Below the pieces are notes generated by a model that searched no databases, had not been told where the DNA came from, and was given only the letters and a program-made list of their open reading frames with translations. From positions 1,004,027-1,068,026 of the forward strand of contig JANHCV010000015.1 of NCBI GenBank assembly GCA_025594325.1: a stretch of 64,000 nucleotides of DNA, written 5' to 3'. Position numbers and translations under genes: made by a program. Each line of letters starts with the position of its first letter. Position 1 is the first letter of the stretch. This DNA is from Blastocladiella emersonii ATCC 22665. Lineage: Eukaryota > Fungi > Blastocladiomycota. Of this stretch, positions 1 through 8,800 are shown in pieces.

Positions 1-136
1 TTGGCAGGTTGGCAGGTTGGCAGGTTGGCAGGTTGGCAGGCTGGCAGGTTGGCCGTTTACTTAGTTGATTGGACCGTGTACTTTGACGACGGGCTCCATA
101 CTTAGGGGATCGAAGAGTTGGCTAGTGGAGTGTGCA

Positions 137-168
137 CAAAGCGGTAGATTTGAATATCTGGCGCTTTG
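137..168. other. Imperfect hairpin CAAAGCG-g-tAGAT-ttgaat-ATCTg-g-CGCTTTG at the start of the subrepeat block (every unit)
   Basis: 7-bp outer stem, one G.G mismatch, 5-bp inner stem including one G-U, 6-nt loop. Read by eye; function unknown. Confidence 0.6.
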
Positions 169-1272
169 GTTCCTTGCCCACCTGGACGTGAGGGTATACG
201 AAGATTTGATTGAGTATAGTTATGTTTGAGTACCATGACAATTATCAGCGTGGCGGGATTGATACATCCCGCTTGTCGGAAATTTTGTTGGTTCAATACT
301 GTGATTTATCGGCCCTTGCCCACCTGGACATGGGGCACTCGAAGATTTGAGTATGGTTTCGTTTGAGTGCCATGACAATTATCTGCGTGGCTGGTTTACG
401 ACATTTCTTTGGTCAGATATTGTGTTGCTGTGATACTGTGATTTATGGGTCCCTGGCTAGCTGGACAAGCGGGAAGTGAAAGATTTGAATATGGTTTTGT
501 TTGAGTATCAAGACCATTACCTGCGTGGTCGGTTATGTAGACTCCTATGGTCAGATATTTTGTTGGTTTGATACTGTGATTTATGGGTCTCCAACCTGCT
601 GGACATCTGGGAAGTCATAGATTTGAGTATGGTTTTGTTTGAGTACCATGACAATTATCTCCGCAGCTTGTTTACTATGTTTCCATGGTCAGTTTTATTG
701 TTGCTTTGAATTTACGATTTATGGGTCCTGAACAAGCTGGACATGTGAATAGTCAAAGACTTGACTATGGTTTTGTTTGAGTGCCATGACAATTACCTAC
801 GTGGCTTGTATACTCTATTTCCATGGTCAGATATTTGTTGGTTCGATATTACGATTTATGGGTCCTCAACCAGCTTGACATGCGGGAAAGCAAAGATTAG
901 AATATGGTTTTGATTAAGTACCATGACAATCATCTGCGTGGCTGGTTTACTATATTTCCATGGTCAGATATTTTGTTGGTTCGATACTGTGATGTATGGG
1001 TCCCTGGCCAGCTGGACACACGGTAAAGCAAAGACTTGAAGATGGTTTTGTTTGAGTACCATAACAATCATGTACGAGGTTGGTTTACTATCTTTCTGTT
1101 GTCAAATATTTAGTTGCCGTGATACTGTGATTTATGGGTCCCTGGCTAGCAGGACAAGCGGGTAGTCAAAGATTTGAATATGGTTTTGTTCGACTACCAT
1201 GACAATTGTCTCCGTGGCTGGTTTGGTACGTCCCTATCATTGGTAAATTCATTGCGTGCATATTGTGATTCG
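167..1272. repeat. Eight diverged ~138-bp tandem subrepeats (AT-rich), present in every unit at unit offset +118
   Basis: Copies start at 167, 309, 446, 584, 722, 859, 997 and 1135 (lengths 142, 137, 138, 138, 137, 138, 138, 138). Shared cores are GATTTGARTATGGTTTTGTTTGAGTACCATGACAAT and TGGTCAGATATTTTGTTGG..GATACTGTGATTTATGGGTCC. By hand count, copies 6 and 7 differ at 29 of 138 positions (~79% identity). Confidence 0.97.
252..273. other. Hairpin G-GCGGGAT-tgatac-ATCCCGC-T in subrepeat copy 1 (every unit)
   Basis: Perfect 7-bp stem plus a G-U pair and a 6-nt loop. It is absent from subrepeat copies 2-8. Confidence 0.6.
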
Positions 1273-1782
1273 TGGAGGGTCAATGTTGCTGCTACCTTGC
1301 CCGCATGCGCGCTGCGTCCGCCGACCCACCTAGGCCAGACAGGAAGGAAAGGGGACCCCAAGAGCCCCACGACACCACTGTAGCTCCACTACCACCACAG
1401 CACCCACCAACACCACCTACAAACAAACACGACCCGCCAAGGCGCACGCAGCGACACCCGCAGCCATGCATGCCATGGCGTTGGTGGATGGTGGCCAACC
1501 AATCCTCATCACACACGACACGTATGAAGGTCTGCCTGCATCCACCCATCCATTCATTCAACACACGCTCCCTCACGCACCCTTTCACTTGTGTTGCTTG
1601 ACAGCCAGCTAGCCAGGTCCGGCTGCTGCTACCTATCCATTCTGCCTGCCTCCCACGCCCGCCGCGTCCTGAGCCAGGCAGGGCTGTGCTGCGATACACG
1701 GCCGCGGCCAGTCCACGGTAATGGTACCCATGCAGTACGTTCCATGGCCGCCCGGCCACCCTAGCTTGGTGCTTGTGTGTCC

Positions 1783-1856
1783 CCTTGGTCACCTTGGTCA
1801 CCTTGGTCACCTTGGTCACCTTGGTCACTTGGTCACTTGGTCTCTTGGTCTCTTGG
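1783..1856. repeat. Minisatellite (CCTTGGTCA)x5, then CTTGGTCA, (CTTGGTCT)x2, CTTGG; present in every unit
   Basis: Read directly from the sequence. It explains the LGH/SPW/TKV repeats in the ORF track, whose copy numbers are the same in all units. Confidence 0.97.
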
Positions 1857-2371
1857 CGCTTGTGATGGAGGTCTATCTAACCCAGGCACGCACGGACACA
1901 GGCCCGCACGCCCACACGCACTCCCGCCAGGAGCATGTGGTGTGTGGGTCATCATCCACCATTCAGTTTGTAGTCCCTAGCACCCCTTGGCCCCAGCACT
2001 GTCTCCTTCCTGCAGGAGGAGCCCTGCCGCCTCAGCCCTCCGCAGCCAGCCCTCTGCAGCCCAGTGAAGCAGTACGGCTGCTACGCTGTTTGCAAGGTAC
2101 GGTGGCCAGGGCGACGCAGGTGCTGTGGTGTTGCTTGCCACTTGGCTGGCGACAGGGGCTGGCGCACCCATTGCAAGGCGTTCTGACGGACCCCGCGGCC
2201 ATGAAAGCATGGGGGCAGCACTGGACACGAGTCTATCAATCAACGGCACTGGGAGGGCAGGCAGGCGCACCCGTTGGAGCGAGCCGACCTGGATGATAAA
2301 TCATTGTTGAGTTGAGGACGCCTTGCATGCCTGCCGTTCATGCGAGCGTGTGTGACACCAGGGTGGCCGTT

Positions 2372-2467
2372 TGCGCCGTGTGCGCACGGCGTGGAGCGCC
2401 AGGCGCTGTGCGCTGTGCGCGCTGCACGGTGCGTGGTGTACATCCGTCAGCGGGTGAGTGGTTTCAC
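2372..2467 (+). pseudogene. PHD-finger-like Cys/His relic (every unit)
   Basis: Translation CAVCARRGAPGAVRCARCTVRGVHPSAGEWFH gives C-x2-C-x10-C-x2-C-x5-H followed by P..GEWF. The last three zinc ligands are missing, and the DNA is TG/CG-rich, so chance is plausible. Confidence 0.25.
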
Positions 2468-2653
2468 GCGCATAGACAGAGGAGCTGCTCGGAACCCTCG
2501 TTGGCCCATCATCATGCAGGGCTTGGAGTGGACAGCAGAGCTGGCAGCCTGGAGGAGACCAGTCGTATATTGACAAACCGAACCCCTCTCAGACTACATA
2601 CGAGATAGATAATATCTACTGGGTGGGCGCTGTCAGTCAGGCTGTCAGTGTGG

Positions 2654-2681
2654 CAGGCTGCCAGGCTGCCAGGCTGCCAGG
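2654..2681. repeat. Octamer microsatellite (CAGGCTGC)x3.5; every unit
   Basis: Read directly: caggctgc caggctgc caggctgc cagg. Confidence 0.95.
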
Positions 2682-2782
2682 GCTCATCATTCATTCCTTT
2701 GTTGGCTGGGACGGCAACCAGAGAGCGCGGGCCCACAAAGACTTGCGAGGCGGTGTGGGTGTTCGGATAGCAGGTAGGCAAG

Positions 2783-2838
2783 TTGGCAGGTTGCCAGGTT
2801 GGCAGGTTGGCAGGTTGGCAGGTTGGCAGGCTGGCAGG
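2783..2838. repeat. Octamer array (TTGGCAGG)6-CTGGCAGG (long allele); the short allele is (TTGGCAGG)3-CTGGCAGG
   Basis: Long allele at 2783-2838, 11105-11160, 13895-13950, 19451-19506, 27773-27828 and 41627-41682, and probably the truncated array at 1-48 (at least 5+1 copies). Short allele at all other junctions, e.g. 5573-5604. This accounts for the whole 2766 vs 2790 difference. Confidence 0.97.
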
Positions 2839-5800
2839 TTGGCCGTTTACTTAGTTGATTGGACCGTGTACTTTGACGACGGGCTCCATACTTAGGGGAT
2901 CGAAGAGTTGGCTAGTGGAGTGTGCACAAAGCGGTAGATTTGAATATCTGGCGCTTTGGTTCCTTGCCCACCTGGACGTGAGGGTATACGAAGATTTGAT
3001 TGAGTATAGTTATGTTTGAGTACCATGACAATTATCAGCGTGGCGGGATTGATACATCCCGCTTGTCGGAAATTTTGTTGGTTCAATACTGTGATTTATC
3101 GGCCCTTGCCCACCTGGACATGGGGCACTCGAAGATTTGAGTATGGTTTCGTTTGAGTGCCATGACAATTATCTGCGTGGCTGGTTTACGACATTTCTTT
3201 GGTCAGATATTGTGTTGCTGTGATACTGTGATTTATGGGTCCCTGGCTAGCTGGACAAGCGGGAAGTGAAAGATTTGAATATGGTTTTGTTTGAGTATCA
3301 AGACCATTACCTGCGTGGTCGGTTATGTAGACTCCTATGGTCAGATATTTTGTTGGTTTGATACTGTGATTTATGGGTCTCCAACCTGCTGGACATCTGG
3401 GAAGTCATAGATTTGAGTATGGTTTTGTTTGAGTACCATGACAATTATCTCCGCAGCTTGTTTACTATGTTTCCATGGTCAGTTTTATTGTTGCTTTGAA
3501 TTTACGATTTATGGGTCCTGAACAAGCTGGACATGTGAATAGTCAAAGACTTGACTATGGTTTTGTTTGAGTGCCATGACAATTACCTACGTGGCTTGTA
3601 TACTCTATTTCCATGGTCAGATATTTGTTGGTTCGATATTACGATTTATGGGTCCTCAACCAGCTTGACATGCGGGAAAGCAAAGATTAGAATATGGTTT
3701 TGATTAAGTACCATGACAATCATCTGCGTGGCTGGTTTACTATATTTCCATGGTCAGATATTTTGTTGGTTCGATACTGTGATGTATGGGTCCCTGGCCA
3801 GCTGGACACACGGTAAAGCAAAGACTTGAAGATGGTTTTGTTTGAGTACCATAACAATCATGTACGAGGTTGGTTTACTATCTTTCTGTTGTCAAATATT
3901 TAGTTGCCGTGATACTGTGATTTATGGGTCCCTGGCTAGCAGGACAAGCGGGTAGTCAAAGATTTGAATATGGTTTTGTTCGACTACCATGACAATTGTC
4001 TCCGTGGCTGGTTTGGTACGTCCCTATCATTGGTAAATTCATTGCGTGCATATTGTGATTCGTGGAGGGTCAATGTTGCTGCTACCTTGCCCGCATGCGC
4101 GCTGCGTCCGCCGACCCACCTAGGCCAGACAGGAAGGAAAGGGGACCCCAAGAGCCCCACGACACCACTGTAGCTCCACTACCACCACAGCACCCACCAA
4201 CACCACCTACAAACAAACACGACCCGCCAAGGCGCACGCAGCGACACCCGCAGCCATGCATGCCATGGCGTTGGTGGATGGTGGCCAACCAATCCTCATC
4301 ACACACGACACGTATGAAGGTCTGCCTGCATCCACCCATCCATTCATTCAACACACGCTCCCTCACGCACCCTTTCACTTGTGTTGCTTGACAGCCAGCT
4401 AGCCAGGTCCGGCTGCTGCTACCTATCCATTCTGCCTGCCTCCCACGCCCGCCGCGTCCTGAGCCAGGCAGGGCTGTGCTGCGATACACGGCCGCGGCCA
4501 GTCCACGGTAATGGTACCCATGCAGTACGTTCCATGGCCGCCCGGCCACCCTAGCTTGGTGCTTGTGTGTCCCCTTGGTCACCTTGGTCACCTTGGTCAC
4601 CTTGGTCACCTTGGTCACTTGGTCACTTGGTCTCTTGGTCTCTTGGCGCTTGTGATGGAGGTCTATCTAACCCAGGCACGCACGGACACAGGCCCGCACG
4701 CCCACACGCACTCCCGCCAGGAGCATGTGGTGTGTGGGTCATCATCCACCATTCAGTTTGTAGTCCCTAGCACCCCTTGGCCCCAGCACTGTCTCCTTCC
4801 TGCAGGAGGAGCCCTGCCGCCTCAGCCCTCCGCAGCCAGCCCTCTGCAGCCCAGTGAAGCAGTACGGCTGCTACGCTGTTTGCAAGGTACGGTGGCCAGG
4901 GCGACGCAGGTGCTGTGGTGTTGCTTGCCACTTGGCTGGCGACAGGGGCTGGCGCACCCATTGCAAGGCGTTCTGACGGACCCCGCGGCCATGAAAGCAT
5001 GGGGGCAGCACTGGACACGAGTCTATCAATCAACGGCACTGGGAGGGCAGGCAGGCGCACCCGTTGGAGCGAGCCGACCTGGATGATAAATCATTGTTGA
5101 GTTGAGGACGCCTTGCATGCCTGCCGTTCATGCGAGCGTGTGTGACACCAGGGTGGCCGTTTGCGCCGTGTGCGCACGGCGTGGAGCGCCAGGCGCTGTG
5201 CGCTGTGCGCGCTGCACGGTGCGTGGTGTACATCCGTCAGCGGGTGAGTGGTTTCACGCGGATAGACAGAGGAGCTGCTCGGAACCCTCGTTGGCCCATC
5301 ATCATGCAGGGCTTGGAGTGGACAGCAGAGCTGGCAGCCTGGAGGAGACCAGTCGTATATTGACAAACCGAACCCCTCTCAGACTACATACGAGATAGAT
5401 AATATCTACTGGGTGGGCGCTGTCAGTCAGGCTGTCAGTGTGGCAGGCTGCCAGGCTGCCAGGCTGCCAGGGCTCATCATTCATTCCTTTGTTGGCTGGG
5501 ACGGCAACCAGAGAGCGCGGGCCCACAAAGACTTGCGAGGCGGTGTGGGTGTTCGGATAGCAGGTAGGCAAGTTGGCAGGTTGGCAGGTTGGCAGGCTGG
5601 CAGGTTGGCCGTTTACTTAGTTGATTGGACCGTGTACTTTGACGACGGGCTCCATACTTAGGGGATCGAAGAGTTGGCTAGTGGAGTGTGCACAAAGCGG
5701 TAGATTTGAATATCTGGCGCTTTGGTTCCTTGCCCACCTGGACGTGAGGGTATACGAAGATTTGATTGAGTATAGTTATGTTTGAGTACCATGACAATTA

Positions 5801-8800
5801 TCAGCGTGGCGGGATTGATACATCCCGCTTGTCGGAAATTTTGTTGGTTCAATACTGTGATTTATCGGCCCTTGCCCACCTGGACATGGGGCACTCGAAG
5901 ATTTGAGTATGGTTTCGTTTGAGTGCCATGACAATTATCTGCGTGGCTGGTTTACGACATTTCTTTGGTCAGATATTGTGTTGCTGTGATACTGTGATTT
6001 ATGGGTCCCTGGCTAGCTGGACAAGCGGGAAGTGAAAGATTTGAATATGGTTTTGTTTGAGTATCAAGACCATTACCTGCGTGGTCGGTTATGTAGACTC
6101 CTATGGTCAGATATTTTGTTGGTTTGATACTGTGATTTATGGGTCTCCAACCTGCTGGACATCTGGGAAGTCATAGATTTGAGTATGGTTTTGTTTGAGT
6201 ACCATGACAATTATCTCCGCAGCTTGTTTACTATGTTTCCATGGTCAGTTTTATTGTTGCTTTGAATTTACGATTTATGGGTCCTGAACAAGCTGGACAT
6301 GTGAATAGTCAAAGACTTGACTATGGTTTTGTTTGAGTGCCATGACAATTACCTACGTGGCTTGTATACTCTATTTCCATGGTCAGATATTTGTTGGTTC
6401 GATATTACGATTTATGGGTCCTCAACCAGCTTGACATGCGGGAAAGCAAAGATTAGAATATGGTTTTGATTAAGTACCATGACAATCATCTGCGTGGCTG
6501 GTTTACTATATTTCCATGGTCAGATATTTTGTTGGTTCGATACTGTGATGTATGGGTCCCTGGCCAGCTGGACACACGGTAAAGCAAAGACTTGAAGATG
6601 GTTTTGTTTGAGTACCATAACAATCATGTACGAGGTTGGTTTACTATCTTTCTGTTGTCAAATATTTAGTTGCCGTGATACTGTGATTTATGGGTCCCTG
6701 GCTAGCAGGACAAGCGGGTAGTCAAAGATTTGAATATGGTTTTGTTCGACTACCATGACAATTGTCTCCGTGGCTGGTTTGGTACGTCCCTATCATTGGT
6801 AAATTCATTGCGTGCATATTGTGATTCGTGGAGGGTCAATGTTGCTGCTACCTTGCCCGCATGCGCGCTGCGTCCGCCGACCCACCTAGGCCAGACAGGA
6901 AGGAAAGGGGACCCCAAGAGCCCCACGACACCACTGTAGCTCCACTACCACCACAGCACCCACCAACACCACCTACAAACAAACACGACCCGCCAAGGCG
7001 CACGCAGCGACACCCGCAGCCATGCATGCCATGGCGTTGGTGGATGGTGGCCAACCAATCCTCATCACACACGACACGTATGAAGGTCTGCCTGCATCCA
7101 CCCATCCATTCATTCAACACACGCTCCCTCACGCACCCTTTCACTTGTGTTGCTTGACAGCCAGCTAGCCAGGTCCGGCTGCTGCTACCTATCCATTCTG
7201 CCTGCCTCCCACGCCCGCCGCGTCCTGAGCCAGGCAGGGCTGTGCTGCGATACACGGCCGCGGCCAGTCCACGGTAATGGTACCCATGCAGTACGTTCCA
7301 TGGCCGCCCGGCCACCCTAGCTTGGTGCTTGTGTGTCCCCTTGGTCACCTTGGTCACCTTGGTCACCTTGGTCACCTTGGTCACTTGGTCACTTGGTCTC
7401 TTGGTCTCTTGGCGCTTGTGATGGAGGTCTATCTAACCCAGGCACGCACGGACACAGGCCCGCACGCCCACACGCACTCCCGCCAGGAGCATGTGGTGTG
7501 TGGGTCATCATCCACCATTCAGTTTGTAGTCCCTAGCACCCCTTGGCCCCAGCACTGTCTCCTTCCTGCAGGAGGAGCCCTGCCGCCTCAGCCCTCCGCA
7601 GCCAGCCCTCTGCAGCCCAGTGAAGCAGTACGGCTGCTACGCTGTTTGCAAGGTACGGTGGCCAGGGCGACGCAGGTGCTGTGGTGTTGCTTGCCACTTG
7701 GCTGGCGACAGGGGCTGGCGCACCCATTGCAAGGCGTTCTGACGGACCCCGCGGCCATGAAAGCATGGGGGCAGCACTGGACACGAGTCTATCAATCAAC
7801 GGCACTGGGAGGGCAGGCAGGCGCACCCGTTGGAGCGAGCCGACCTGGATGATAAATCATTGTTGAGTTGAGGACGCCTTGCATGCCTGCCGTTCATGCG
7901 AGCGTGTGTGACACCAGGGTGGCCGTTTGCGCCGTGTGCGCACGGCGTGGAGCGCCAGGCGCTGTGCGCTGTGCGCGCTGCACGGTGCGTGGTGTACATC
8001 CGTCAGCGGGTGAGTGGTTTCACGCGGATAGACAGAGGAGCTGCTCGGAACCCTCGTTGGCCCATCATCATGCAGGGCTTGGAGTGGACAGCAGAGCTGG
8101 CAGCCTGGAGGAGACCAGTCGTATATTGACAAACCGAACCCCTCTCAGACTACATACGAGATAGATAATATCTACTGGGTGGGCGCTGTCAGTCAGGCTG
8201 TCAGTGTGGCAGGCTGCCAGGCTGCCAGGCTGCCAGGGCTCATCATTCATTCCTTTGTTGGCTGGGACGGCAACCAGAGAGCGCGGGCCCACAAAGACTT
8301 GCGAGGCGGTGTGGGTGTTCGGATAGCAGGTAGGCAAGTTGGCAGGTTGGCAGGTTGGCAGGCTGGCAGGTTGGCCGTTTACTTAGTTGATTGGACCGTG
8401 TACTTTGACGACGGGCTCCATACTTAGGGGATCGAAGAGTTGGCTAGTGGAGTGTGCACAAAGCGGTAGATTTGAATATCTGGCGCTTTGGTTCCTTGCC
8501 CACCTGGACGTGAGGGTATACGAAGATTTGATTGAGTATAGTTATGTTTGAGTACCATGACAATTATCAGCGTGGCGGGATTGATACATCCCGCTTGTCG
8601 GAAATTTTGTTGGTTCAATACTGTGATTTATCGGCCCTTGCCCACCTGGACATGGGGCACTCGAAGATTTGAGTATGGTTTCGTTTGAGTGCCATGACAA
8701 TTATCTGCGTGGCTGGTTTACGACATTTCTTTGGTCAGATATTGTGTTGCTGTGATACTGTGATTTATGGGTCCCTGGCTAGCTGGACAAGCGGGAAGTG

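Larger units (their letters stand above)
167..1383 (+). pseudogene. Possible decayed 46-aa tandem-repeat protein coding relic (same position in every unit)
   Basis: 138 bp = 46 codons. A near-consensus (taking CGA and CAG where several copies have TGA and TAG) reads WVPGQLDMREVKDLNMVLFEYHDNYLRGWFTIFPWSDILLVRYCDL. Individual copies carry 10 in-frame stops and 3 frameshifts (+4, -1, -1). Copy 8 reads on as ORF 1174-1383. Family not recognised. Confidence 0.35.
2599..2910 (+). pseudogene. Chromodomain-like relic interrupted by an intron-like insert (spans each unit junction)
   Basis: YEIDNIYW (2599-2622) and AGRLAVYLVDWTVYFDDGLHT*GIEEL (2830-2910) are in one frame. They resemble the chromodomain pattern Y-x-V/I-E/D-x-I ... 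YLVKWxGY ... TWEPxxNL, with TAG at the expected Trp. Visual match only. Confidence 0.35.

Noticed and set aside
98-115. ATACTTA resembling the U1 snRNA 5' end
   Set aside because: It continues GGGGATC rather than CCTGG, and no U1 loop motifs follow.
434-450. TGTGATTTATG-GGT resembling the 3' end of flatworm spliced leaders
   Set aside because: The match is short, the characteristic 5' CCGT...ACGG hairpin is not at the right distance, and no canonical donor context is present.
461-505. Resemblance of LDMREVKDLNMVLF to the BspA-like/DUF285 motif WDxSNVxDMxxMF
   Set aside because: The Trp and spacing are wrong, and the 46-aa period does not match the ~25-aa repeat. Too weak without an HMM search.
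446-1135. tRNA-like pieces in monomers (GGTCCCTGGCTAGCTGGACAAGCG; GTTGGTTCGATAC)
   Set aside because: There is no acceptor-stem complement or anticodon arm, the spacing is wrong, and the motifs are not conserved across copies.
167-1272. CRISPR-like alternation of conserved and variable segments
   Set aside because: The variable parts align between copies as diverged homologues rather than unique spacers. The repeats are not identical, the period is 138 bp, and no cas genes are present.
2545-2635. Faint 5S rRNA resemblance on the minus strand (CCACCC...ATCTCGT...GGGTTCGG)
   Set aside because: Only scattered short matches. The helix I pairing and the conserved internal motifs are absent.
2783-2838. 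TTGGCAGG as a telomeric repeat
   Set aside because: The tracts are only 4-7 copies, internal to every unit, and not a telomere motif I can support.
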